Source: Eledone cirrhosa
Taxonomy: Eukaryota
Assembly: GCA_964016885.1 (NCBI GenBank)
Contig: OZ024764.1
Coordinates: forward strand, 10,230,001-10,294,000
Direction of reading: 5' to 3'
DNA length: 64,000 nucleotides
Shown here: piece by piece, positions 11,767 to 25,099 of the stretch
Numbering within the stretch: position 1 is the first letter of the stretch
Layout of the letters: each line of letters starts with the position of its first letter
Made by a program: the position numbers and the translations under genes
The notes under the pieces: generated by a model
Database searches by the model: none
The model's input: the letters and a program-made list of their open reading frames with translations, nothing else
What the model was told of the DNA's origin: nothing

Positions 11767-11836
11767 TATATTTTATAATATATATTTCGGGGGTACTGTG
11801 CTGTTTCCTCAGTACGTCCTCATCAGATAAAATATA
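11767..11836 (-). ncRNA. Minimal type I hammerhead ribozyme motif
   Basis: Minus strand: TATATTTTAT-CTGATGA-GGACGTACTG..CAGTACCCCC-GAAA-TATATA-T-T-ATAAAATATA. Perfect 10-bp stem I, intact core, palindromic stem III loop. Confidence 0.8.
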
Positions 11837-12204
11837 TAAATTGATGTATGACATACCTCAACTGTGCTGATGGTTCAATTCCAGTCTTGGCAGTGATTAA
11901 TTATAACAAAACTCAATAATTATATACCATAAGTACTAACATGACAAACTACATATAATGGAGAGGGTGAGTAGGAAAACGTGTAGAAAATATATAAATA
12001 GATAAATAAAATACATAAGTACATAAATGTTAAATATTTATATAATTAAATATGTAAATATCCGTATTAGATGAAAAAACAAAACAAATGAGAGAGAGCT
12101 AAATAGAGGATAATATATAACTTTGACTGGAATCTACCCCAGTGTGTTACTAGTACTTTATTTTATCGACCCCTTAAGGATGAAAGGCAGAGTTATATAT
12201 AATA

Positions 12205-15200
12205 AGTTGGGAACGAAGTTCCCATTCGAAAGAGGTAGATTCGTCATTTGGGATGCCACATCTGGCGACACGTTCACCTCCAACTTGATCCCTTCGGTCT
12301 AACCCTAACCCAAACTCCGGTACGGCGACCCACCTCGCAGAAGAACAGAAAATAAACAAATACCCTGGACTGTCTGACCTCTTCCTCTTCGCACCGATCG
12401 CCATCGAGACCCCAGGCTTACTTGGACCCTGTACTGTCGACCTCAAGCTTACTTGGACCCTATACTGTCGACCTCAAGCTTACTTGGACCCTATACTGTC
12501 GACCTCAAGCTTACTTGGACCCTATACTGTCGACCTCAGGCTTACTTGGACCCTATACTGTCGACCTCAAGCTTACTTGGACCCCATACTGTCGACCTCA
12601 GGCTTACTTGGACCCTATACTGTCGACCTCAAGCTTACTTGGACTCTATACTGTCGACTTCAAGCTTACTTTGACCCTATACTGTCGACTTCAAGCTTAC
12701 TTGGACCCTATACTGTCGACCTCAAGCTTACTTGGACCCTATACTGTCGACTTCAAGCTTACTTGGACCCTATACTGTCGACTTCAAGCTTACTTTGACC
12801 CTATACTGTCGACTTCAAGCTTACTTGGACCCTATACTGTCGACCTCAAGCTTACTTGGACCCTATACTGTCGACCTCAAGCTTATTTGGACCCTATACT
12901 GTCGACTTCAAGCTTACTTGGACCCTATACTGTCGATCTCAAGCTTACTTGGACCCTATACTGTGGACCTCAGGCTTACTTGGACCCTATACTGTCGACT
13001 TCAAGCTTACTTGGACCCTATACTGTCGACTTCAAGCTTACTTTGACCCTATACTGTCGACTTCAAGCTTACTTGGACCCTATACTGTCGACCTCAAGCT
13101 TACTTGGACCCTATACTGTCGACCTCAAGCTTACTTTGACCCTATACTGTCGACCTCAAGCTTACTTGGACCCTATACTGTCGATCTCAGGCTTACTTGG
13201 ACCCTATACTGTCGACTTCAAGCTTACTTTGACCCTATACTGTCGACCTCAAGCTTACTTGGACCCTATACTGTCGACTTCAAGCTTACTTGGACCCTAT
13301 ACTGTCGACCTCAAGCTTACTTGGACCCCATACTGTCGACCTCAGGCTTACTTGGACCCTATACTGTCGACTTCAAGCTTACTTGGACCCTATACTGTCG
13401 ACCTCAAGCTTACTTGGACCCCGTACTGTCGACCTCAAGGTTACTTGGACCCTATACTGTCGACCTCAGGCTTACTTGGACCCCGTACTGTCGACCTCAA
13501 GCTTACTTGGACCCTGTACTGTCGACCTCAGGCTTACTTGGACCCTATACTGTCGACCTCAAGCTTACTTGGACCCTATACTGTCGACTTCAAGCTTACT
13601 TGGACCCTATACTGTCGACCTCAAGCTTACTTGGACCCTATACTGTCGACTTCAAGCTTACTTGGACCCTATACTGTCGACCTCAAGCTTACTTGGACCC
13701 TATACTGTCGACCTCAGGCTTACTTGGACCCTATACTGTCGACCTCAAGCTTACTTGGACCCCATACTGTCGACCTCAGGCTTAGTTGGACCCTATACTG
13801 TCGCCCTCAGGCTTACTTGGACCCTATACTGTCGACCTCAAGCTTACTTGGACTCTATATTGTCGACTTCAAGCTTACTTTGACCCTATACTGTCGACTT
13901 CAAGCTTACTTTGACCCTATACTGTCGACCTCAAGCTTACTTGGACCCTATACTGTCGACTTCAAGCTTACTTTGACCCTATACTGTCGACCTCAAGCTT
14001 ACTTGGACCCTATACTGTCGACTTCAAGCTTACTTGGACCCTATACTGTTGACCTCAAGCTTACTTGGACCCCATACTGTCGACCTCAGGCTTACTTGAC
14101 CCTATACTGTCGACTTCAAGCTTACTTGGACCCTATACTGTCGACCTCAAGCTTACTTGGACCCCGTACTGTCGACCTCAAGGTTACTTGGACCCTATAC
14201 TGTCGACCTCAGGCTTACTTGGACCCCGTACTGTCGACCTCAAGCTTACTTGGACCCTGTACTGTCGACCTCAGGCTTACTTGGACCCTATACTGTCGAC
14301 CTCAAGCTTACTTGGACCCTATACTGTCGACTTCAAGCTTACTTGGACCCTATACTGTCGACCTCAAGCTTACTTGGACCCTATACTGTCGACTTCAAGC
14401 TTACTTGGACCCTATACTGTCGACCTCAAGCTTACTTGGACCCTATACTGTCGACCTCAGGCTTACTTGGACCCTATACTGTCGACCTCAAGCTTACTTG
14501 GACCCCATACTGTCGACCTCAGGCTTACTTGGACCCTATACTGTCGCCCTCAGGCTTACTTGGACCCTATACTGTCGACCTCAAGCTTACTTGGACTCTA
14601 TACTGTCGACTTCAAGCTTACCTTGACCCTATACTGTCGACTTCAAGCTTACTTGGACCCTATACTGTCGACCTCAAGCTTACTTGGACCCTATACTGTC
14701 GACTTCAAGCTTACTTGGACCCTATACTGTCGACTTCAAGCTTACTTTGACCCTATACTGTCGACTTCAAGCTTACTTTGACCCTATACTATCGACCTCA
14801 AGCTTACTTGGAACCTATACTGTCGACCTCAAGCTTATTTGGACCCTATACTGTCGACTACAAGCTTACTTGGACCCTATACTGTCGATCTGAAGCTTAC
14901 TTGGACCCTATACTGTGGACCTCAGGCTTACTTGGACCCTATACTGTCGATTTCAAGCTTACTTGGACCCTATACTGTCGACTTCAAGCTTACTTTGACC
15001 CTATACTGTCGACTTCAAGCTTACTTGGACCCTATACTGTCGACCTCAAGCTTACTTGGACCCTATACTGTCGACCTCAAGCTTACTTTGACCCTATACT
15101 GTCGACCTCAAGCTTACTTGGACCCTATACTGTCGATCTCAGGCTTACTTGGACCCTATACTGTCGACTTCAAGCTTATTTGACCCTATACTGTCGACCT

Positions 15201-18200
15201 CAAGCTTACTTGGACCCTATACTGTCGACTTCAAGCTTACTTGGACGCTATACTGTCGACCTCAAGCTTACTTGGACCCCATACTGTCGACCTCAGGCTT
15301 ACTTGGACCCTATACTGTCGACTTCAAGCTTACTTGGACCCTATACTGTCGACCTCAAGCTTACTTGGACCCCGTACTGTCGACCTCAAGGTTACTTGGA
15401 CCCTATACTGTCGACCTCAGGCTTACTTGGACCCCGTACTGTCGACCTCAAGCTTACTTGGACCCTGTACTGTCGACCTCAGGCTTACTTGGACCCTATA
15501 CTGTCGACCTCAAGCTTACTTGGACCCTATACTGTCGACCTCAAGCTTACTTGGACCCTATACTGTCGACTTCAAGCTTACTTGGACCCTATACTGTCGA
15601 CTTCAAGCTTACTTGGACCCTATACTGTCGACCTCAAGCTTACTCGGACCCTATACTGTCGACTTCAAGCTTACTCGGACCCTATACTGTCGACTTCAAG
15701 CTTACTTTGACCCTATACTGTCGACTTCAAGCTTACTTGGACCCTATACTGTCGACTTCAAGCTTACTTTGACCCTATACTGTCGACCTCAAGCTTACTT
15801 GGACCCTATACTGTCGACCTCAAGCTTACTTGGACCCTATACTGTCGACTTCAAGCTTACTCGGACCCTATACTGTCGACTTCAAGCTTACTTGGACCCT
15901 ATACTGTCGACCTCAAGCTTACTTGGACCCCGTACTGTCGACCTCAAGGTTACTTGAACCCTATACTGTCGACCTCAGGCTTACTTGGACCCCGTACTGT
16001 CGACCTCAAGCTTACTTGGACCCTGTACTGTCGACCTCAAGGTTACTTGGACCCTATACTGTCGACCTCAGGCTTACTTGGACCCCGTACTGTCGACCTC
16101 AAGCTTACTTGGACCCTGTACTGTCGACCTCAGGCTTACTTGGACCCTATACTGTCGACCTCAAGCTTACTTGGACCCTATACTGTCGACTTCAAGCTTA
16201 CTTGGACCCTATACTGTCGACCTCAAGCTTACTTGGACCCTATACTGTCGACTTCAAGCTTACTTGGACCCTATACTGTCGACTTCAAGCTTACTTGGAC
16301 CCTATACTGTCGACCTCAAGCTTACTTGGACCCTATACTGTCGACTTCAAGCTTACTTTGACCCTATACTGTCGACTTCAAGCTTACTTTGACCCTATAC
16401 TGTCGACTTCAAGCTTACTTGGACCCTATACTGTCGACTTCAAGCTTACTTTGACCCTATACTGTCGACCTCAAGCTTACTTGGACCCTATACTGTCGAC
16501 TTCAAGCTTATTCGGACCCTATACTGTCGACTTCAAGCTTACTTTGACCCTATACTGTCGACCTCAAGCTTACTTGGACCCTATACTGTCGACTTCAAGC
16601 TTACTTTGACCCTATACTGTCGACCTCAAGCTTACTTGGACTCTATACTGTCGACTTCAAGCTTACTCGGACCCTATACTGTCGACTTCAAGCTTACTTT
16701 GACCCTATACTGTCGACCTCAAGCTTACTTGGACTCTATACTGTCGACCTCAAGCTTACTTGGACTCTATACTGTCGACCTCAAGCTTACTTGGACCCTA
16801 TACTGTCGACTTCAAGCTTACTTTGACCCTATACTGTCGACCTCAATCTTACTTGGACCCTATACTGTCGACTTCAAGCTTACTTGGACCCTATACTGTC
16901 GACTTCAAGCTTACTTTGACCCTATACTGTCGACCTCAAGCTTACTTGGACCCTATACTGTCGACTTCAAGCTTACTCGGACCCTATACTGTCGACTTCA
17001 AGCTTACTTTGACCCTATACTGTCGACTTCAAGCTTACTCGGACCCTATACTGTCGACTTCAAGCTTACTTGGACCCTATACTGTCGACTTCAAGCTTAC
17101 TTGGACCCTATACTGTCGACCTCAAGCTTACTTGGACCCTATACTGTCGACTTCAAGCTTACTCGGACCCTATACTGTCGACTTCAAGCTTACTTTGACC
17201 CTATACTGTCGACCTCAAGCTTACTTGGACCCTATACTGTTGACTTCAAGCTTACTCGGACCCTATACTGTCGACTTCAAGCTTACTCGGACCCTATACT
17301 GTCGACTTCAAGCTTACTTTGACCCTATACTGTCGACTTCAAGCTTACTTGGACCCTATACTGTCGACTTCAAGTTTACTTTGACCCTATACTGTCGACC
17401 TCAAGCTTACTTGGACCCTATACTGTCGACTTCAAGCTTACTCGGACCCTATACTGTCGACTTCAAGCTTACTTTGACCCTATACTGTCGACCTCAAGCT
17501 TACTTGGACCCTATACTGTCGACTTCAAGCTTACTCGGACCCTATACTGTCGACTTCAAGCTTACTTTGACCCTATACTGTCGACCTCAAGCTTACTTGG
17601 ACTCTATACTGTCGACTTCAAGCTTACTCGGACCCTATACTGTCGACCTCAAGCTTACTTGGACTCTATACTGTCGACTTCAAGCTTACTTTGACCCTAT
17701 ACTGTCGACTTCAAGCTTACTTGGACCCTATACTGTCGACCTCAGGCTTACTTGGACCCTATACTGTCGACCTCAAGCTTACTTGGACCCCATACTGTCG
17801 ACCTCAGGCTTACTTGGACCCTATACTGTCGACCTCAAGCTTACTTGGACTCTATACTGTCGACTTCAAGCTTACTTTGACCCTATACTGTCGACTTCAA
17901 GCTTACTTGGACCCTATACTGTCGACCTCAAGCTTACTTGGACCCTATACTGTCGACTTCAAGCTTACTTGGACCCTATACTGTCGACTTCAAGCTTACT
18001 TTGACCCTATACTGTCGACTTCAAGCTTACTTGGACCCTATACTGTCGACCTCAAGCTTACTTGGACCCTATACTGTCGACCTCAAGCTTATTTGGACCC
18101 TATACTGTCGACTTCAAGCTTACTTGGACCCTATACTGTCGATCTCAAGCTTACTTGGACCCTATACTGTGGACCTCAGGCTTACTTGGACCCTATACTG

Positions 18201-21200
18201 TCGACTTCAAGCTTACTTGGACCCTATACTGTCGACTTCAAGCTTACTTTGACCCTATACTGTCGACTTCAAGCTTACTTGGACCCTATACTGTCGACCT
18301 CAAGCTTACTTGGACCCTATACTGTCGACCTCAAGCTTACTTTGACCCTATACTGTCGACCTCAAGCTTACTTGGACCCTATACTGTCGATCTCAGGCTT
18401 ACTTGGACCCTATACTGTCGACTTCAAGCTTACTTTGACCCTATACTGTCGACCTCAAGCTTACTTGGACCCTATACTGTCGACTTCAAGCTTACTTGGA
18501 CCCTATACTGTCGACCTCAAGCTTACTTGGACCCCATACTGTCGACCTCAGGCTTACTTGGACCCTATACTGTCGACTTCAAGCTTACTTGGACCCTATA
18601 CTGTCGACCTCAAGCTTACTTGGACCCCGTACTGTCGACCTCAAGGTTACTTGGACCCTATACTGTCGACCTCAGGCTTACTTGGACCCCGTACTGTCGA
18701 CCTCAAGCTTACTTGGACCCTGTACTGTCGACCTCAGGCTTACTTGGACCCTATACTGTCGACCTCAAGCTTACTTGGACCCTATACTGTCGACTTCAAG
18801 CTTACTTGGACCCTATACTGTCGACCTCAAGCTTACTTGGACCCTATACTGTCGACTTCAAGCTTACTTGGACCCTATACTGTCGACCTCAAGCTTACTT
18901 GGACCCTATACTGTCGACCTCAGGCTTACTTGGACCCTATACTGTCGACCTCAAGCTTACTTGGACCCCATACTGTCGACCTCAGGCTTAGTTGGACCCT
19001 ATACTGTCGCCCTCAGGCTTACTTGGACCCTATACTGTCGACCTCAAGCTTACTTGGACTCTATATTGTCGACTTCAAGCTTACTTTGACCCTATACTGT
19101 CGACTTCAAGCTTACTTTGACCCTATACTGTCGACCTCAAGCTTACTTGGACCCTATACTGTCGACTTCAAGCTTACTTTGACCCTATACTGTCGACCTC
19201 AAGCTTACTTGGACCCTATACTGTCGACTTCAAGCTTACTTGGACCCTATACTGTTGACCTCAAGCTTACTTGGACCCCATACTGTCGACCTCAGGCTTA
19301 CTTGACCCTATACTGTCGACTTCAAGCTTACTTGGACCCTATACTGTCGACCTCAAGCTTACTTGGACCCCGTACTGTCGACCTCAAGGTTACTTGGACC
19401 CTATACTGTCGACCTCAGGCTTACTTGGACCCCGTACTGTCGACCTCAAGCTTACTTGGACCCTGTACTGTCGACCTCAGGCTTACTTGGACCCTATACT
19501 GTCGACCTCAAGCTTACTTGGACCCTATACTGTCGACCTCAAGCTTACTTGGACCCTATACTGTCGACCTCAGGCTTACTTGGACCCTATACTGTCGACC
19601 TCAAGCTTACTTGGACCCCATACTGTCGACCTCAGGCTTACTTGGACCCTATACTGTCGCCCTCAGGCTTACTTGGACCCTATACTGTCGACCTCAAGCT
19701 TACTTGGACTCTATACTGTCGACTTCAAGCTTACCTTGACCCTATACTGTCGACTTCAAGCTTACTTGGACCCTATACTGTCGACCTCAAGCTTACTTGG
19801 ACCCTATACTGTCGACTTCAAGCTTACTTGGACCCTATACTGTCGACTTCAAGCTTACTTTGACCCTATACTGTCGACTTCAAGCTTACTTTGACCCTAT
19901 ACTATCGACCTCAAGCTTACTTGGAACCTATACTGTCGACCTCAAGCTTATTTGGACCCTATACTGTCGACTACAAGCTTACTTGGACCCTATACTGTCG
20001 ATCTGAAGCTTACTTGGACCCTATACTGTGGACCTCAGGCTTACTTGGACCCTATACTGTCGATTTCAAGCTTACTTGGACCCTATACTGTCGACTTCAA
20101 GCTTACTTTGACCCTATACTGTCGACTTCAAGCTTACTTGGACCCTATACTGTCGACCTCAAGCTTACTTGGACCCTATACTGTCGACCTCAAGCTTACT
20201 TTGACCCTATACTGTCGACCTCAAGCTTACTTGGACCCTATACTGTCGATCTCAGGCTTACTTGGACCCTATACTGTCGACTTCAAGCTTATTTGACCCT
20301 ATACTGTCGACCTCAAGCTTACTTGGACCCTATACTGTCGACTTCAAGCTTACTTGGACGCTATACTGTCGACCTCAAGCTTACTTGGACCCCATACTGT
20401 CGACCTCAGGCTTACTTGGACCCTATACTGTCGACTTCAAGCTTACTTGGACCCTATACTGTCGACCTCAAGCTTACTTGGACCCCGTACTGTCGACCTC
20501 AAGGTTACTTGGACCCTATACTGTCGACCTCAGGCTTACTTGGACCCCGTACTGTCGACCTCAAGCTTACTTGGACCCTGTACTGTCGACCTCAGGCTTA
20601 CTTGGACCCTATACTGTCGACCTCAAGCTTACTTGGACCCTATACTGTCGACCTCAAGCTTACTTGGACCCTATACTGTCGACTTCAAGCTTACTTGGAC
20701 CCTATACTGTCGACTTCAAGCTTACTTGGACCCTATACTGTCGACCTCAAGCTTACTCGGACCCTATACTGTCGACTTCAAGCTTACTCGGACCCTATAC
20801 TGTCGACTTCAAGCTTACTTTGACCCTATACTGTCGACTTCAAGCTTACTTGGACCCTATACTGTCGACTTCAAGCTTACTTTGACCCTATACTGTCGAC
20901 CTCAAGCTTACTTGGACCCTATACTGTCGACCTCAAGCTTACTTGGACCCTATACTGTCGACTTCAAGCTTACTCGGACCCTATACTGTCGACTTCAAGC
21001 TTACTTGGACCCTATACTGTCGACCTCAAGCTTACTTGGACCCCGTACTGTCGACCTCAAGGTTACTTGAACCCTATACTGTCGACCTCAGGCTTACTTG
21101 GACCCCGTACTGTCGACCTCAAGCTTACTTGGACCCTGTACTGTCGACCTCAAGGTTACTTGGACCCTATACTGTCGACCTCAGGCTTACTTGGACCCCG

Positions 21201-23170
21201 TACTGTCGACCTCAAGCTTACTTGGACCCTGTACTGTCGACCTCAGGCTTACTTGGACCCTATACTGTCGACCTCAAGCTTACTTGGACCCTATACTGTC
21301 GACTTCAAGCTTACTTGGACCCTATACTGTCGACCTCAAGCTTACTTGGACCCTATACTGTCGACTTCAAGCTTACTTGGACCCTATACTGTCGACTTCA
21401 AGCTTACTTGGACCCTATACTGTCGACCTCAAGCTTACTTGGACCCTATACTGTCGACTTCAAGCTTACTTTGACCCTATACTGTCGACTTCAAGCTTAC
21501 TTTGACCCTATACTGTCGACTTCAAGCTTACTTGGACCCTATACTGTCGACTTCAAGCTTACTTTGACCCTATACTGTCGACCTCAAGCTTACTTGGACC
21601 CTATACTGTCGACTTCAAGCTTATTCGGACCCTATACCGTCGACTTCAAGCTTACTTTGACCCTATACTGTCGACCTCAAGCTTACTTGGACCCTATACT
21701 GTCGACTTCAAGCTTACTTTGACCCTATACTGTCGACCTCAAGCTTACTTGGACTCTATACTGTCGACTTCAAGCTTACTCGGACCCTATACTGTCGACT
21801 TCAAGCTTACTTTGACCCTATACTGTCGACCTCAAGCTTACTTGGACTCTATACTGTCGACCTCAAGCTTACTTGGACTCTATACTGTCGACCTCAAGCT
21901 TACTTGGACCCTATACTGTCGACTTCAAGCTTACTTTGACCCTATACTGTCGACCTCAATCTTACTTGGACCCTATACTGTCGACTTCAAGCTTACTTGG
22001 ACCCTATACTGTCGACTTCAAGCTTACTTTGACCCTATACTGTCGACCTCAAGCTTACTTGGACCCTATACTGTCGACTTCAAGCTTACTCGGACCCTAT
22101 ACTGTCGACTTCAAGCTTACTTTGACCCTATACTGTCGACTTCAAGCTTACTCGGACCCTATACTGTCGACTTCAAGCTTACTTGGACCCTATACTGTCG
22201 ACTTCAAGCTTACTTGGACCCTATACTGTCGACCTCAAGCTTACTTGGACCCTATACTGTCGACTTCAAGCTTACTCGGACCCTATACTGTCGACTTCAA
22301 GCTTACTTTGACCCTATACTGTCGACCTCAAGCTTACTTGGACCCTATACTGTTGACTTCAAGCTTACTCGGACCCTATACTGTCGACTTCAAGCTTACT
22401 CGGACCCTATACTGTCGACTTCAAGCTTACTTTGACCCTATACTGTCGACTTCAAGCTTACTTGGACCCTATACTGTCGACTTCAAGTTTACTTTGACCC
22501 TATACTGTCGACCTCAAGCTTACTTGGACCCTATACTGTCGACTTCAAGCTTACTCGGACCCTATACTGTCGACTTCAAGCTTACTTTGACCCTATACTG
22601 TCGACCTCAAGCTTACTTGGACCCTATACTGTCGACTTCAAGCTTACTCGGACCCTATACTGTCGACTTCAAGCTTACTTTGACCCTATACTGTCGACCT
22701 CAAGCTTACTTGGACTCTATACTGTCGACTTCAAGCTTACTCGGACCCTATACTGTCGACTTCAAGCTTACTTTGACCCTATACTGTCGACCTCAAGCTT
22801 ACTTGGACTCTATACTGTCGACCTCAGGCTTACTTGGACCCTATACTGTCGACCTCAGGCTTACTTGGACCACATACTGTCGACCTCCTCTGGAAGATCA
22901 GAACGTTGGTGCCCCGTCTGAGGAAGGGGCCCGGCGAGGTGGGGTGGCTGTTGCAGCAGGTGTCGCAGGCTATTGTCCGTCGGTCACAGCCTCTCCACCC
23001 CTATGCCCTAGGCCCAGAACTCAACCACCCTCCCCTCACTCTTCCGTGACACTACAGTCCTTGTCATTCCCCTCCTCATCTCATTTTCTCTCTTTTATTC
23101 TCTCCTTTCTCTATATTTACCTAAATAAATAAATATTCTTAAGACTCCAGCTGTATTTTCAATTTCTTTT

Positions 23171-23175
<5 letters not shown>
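12205..23175 (+). mobile_element. Possible solo-LTR-like element split by a 10.5-kb satellite
   Basis: GC-richer unique flanks (12205-12413 and 22889-23175) run into and out of the repeat unit, there is an AATAAA near the 3' end, and AT repeats bound the element. Canonical TG..CA ends are not intact. Confidence 0.35.
12414..22888. repeat. 31-bp satellite array (ACTTGGACCCTATACTGTCGACCTCAAGCTT), about 340 units, with a 5.1-5.2 kb higher-order duplication
   Basis: Head-to-tail units. Rare variants recur at offsets 5206 and 5113, as shown by identical ORF translations at 12732/17938 and 14684/19797. Confidence 0.97.
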
Positions 23176-23232
<57 letters not shown>

Positions 23233-23263
23233 AGATCAAAAGATGGTTAAAGGAGTTCAATAT

Positions 23264-23332
23264 ATTTTATTATGCGCATTTCAAAAACAAACATCATCAA
23301 AAAATAATATTTGTGTTTTCATCAGATAAAAC
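23264..23332 (-). ncRNA. Type I hammerhead ribozyme motif
   Basis: Minus strand: GTTTTAT-CTGATGA-AAACACAAATATTATT..GATGATGTTTGTTTTT-GAAA-TGCGCA-T-A-ATAAAAT. Confidence 0.8.
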
Positions 23333-23437
23333 AGGAGAACATGATATGAAGGTTAAAAAAACACTTGTTGATAGTGCAGTTTTAAATCAACTGCACTATC
23401 AACAAGTGTTTTTTTAGCCTTCATATCATGTTCTCCT

Positions 23438-23506
23438 GTTTTATCTGATGAAAACACAAATATTATTGTTTGATGATGTTTGTTTTTGAAATGCGCATAA
23501 TAAAAT
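23438..23506 (+). ncRNA. Type I hammerhead ribozyme motif
   Basis: GTTTTAT-CTGATGA(23445)-long stem II of about 16 positions with G.U pairs and one mismatch-GAAA(23488)-TGCGCA-T-A-ATAAAAT. Confidence 0.8.
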
Positions 23507-24035
23507 ATATTGAACTCCTTTAACCATCTTTTGATCTTATATTATGCATACTCCAGTCCCACAAACTGTAGAGTGCTTCTTATCCGATATCTCCATTGCT
23601 TTATTGTACTACAATAAAACTCACCTCCTACATATATATATATATATATATATACATTACATACACACACACACATATATATATATTCAGGTTTGAGGTT
23701 CACCACTGTATAGAGTTAGTCTATTCCGTATGGTCAATCGTAATGCAATTCTTTTCGCTGACATTAACCCTGGCTTCTCTTCTTCTTTCTTCCCCTTTCT
23801 TCTCTCTACTTCCTTTCTTTCCTTCTTTTACCTTGTGTCATGAGATTGACGCTAACTTATGTTCCCATCCCTTTCTGTTTTCGTTTATCTGACCGGTAGT
23901 AGCATACTATAAACTTTAGCCACGTCACTCGAGGGCGACCGGCTGAGGTTGAAGGAACAGAATAGCGGTCGCCCTCCAGTCCTCGATTTTCAGCCCCATG
24001 GATTTTATCTATTACATTCACGTATTATATTTCGA

Positions 24036-24093
24036 ATACCTGATGATATCACCGGATTCATACGGAACCCGGTCATTGAAATGATCATAGTAT
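24036..24093 (+). ncRNA. Degenerate type I hammerhead motif
   Basis: ATAC-CTGATGA-TATCACCGG..CCGGTCATT-GAAA-TGATCA-T-A-GTAT. The loop is palindromic, but the base of stem II is mismatched and stem I is only 4 bp. Confidence 0.6.
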
Positions 24094-24143
24094 AATAAAC
24101 CTTTCAAGGATTTACACAAATCTAGCCTCCTGTCATTTCATTA

Positions 24144-24582
<439 letters not shown>

Positions 24583-25099
24583 AGGCTTTGTTTACAAACG
24601 AATGTGAAGATTCGTTTGCCGTATTTGACTACATAGAATTAGTCTGTTAGTTAGGATTTAAAAAATCCCTTTGAATGGAATCTGCCCCACTGTATTACTG
24701 GTACTTTATTTTATCGACCCCTTAAGGATGAAAGGCAAAGTTAAACTCGGCGTCATTTGAGGTTAGCCTTGCCTTTCATCGTTACGGTGTCTATAAAATA
24801 AAATACCAGTAATGAACTGAGTCGATTTAGTCGACTTTCCTCTCCCCTTCAAATTGCTGGCCTTGTGCCTAAATCAGAAATGATTATTATTGATATTGTT
24901 TTTGTTGTTTACAGCAGTAGCTGGGGAGTTAACCCTGCGATGGACTGGCGTCATGTCCAGGAGGAGATATGTACTCTTAGTCGCTTAACGCGACGGTAAG
25001 TCTATGAACGATGGATAAGGATGTGTTTGTTATGCGGCCACATATATAATAAAGGCAGTGACCCAGCTTGGCCAGTATAAAATGTGAAACAAAGTCTTG

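Larger units (their letters stand above)
23225..23545. mobile_element. Inverted pair of Penelope-like pseudo-LTR remnants (157-bp arms), each with a hammerhead motif
   Basis: Arms 23225-23381 and 23389-23545 are near-perfect reverse complements around a 7-bp spacer; both contain the hammerhead core. Confidence 0.7.

Noticed and set aside
12299-12311. CTAACCCTAACCC telomere-like motif
   Set aside because: Only two units, too short to call an interstitial telomere.
12414-22888. Long ORFs (up to 734 aa) and a CRISPR-like 31-bp periodicity
   Set aside because: These are translations of a head-to-tail satellite lacking stops on one strand. There are no unique spacers or cas genes, and the context is eukaryotic.
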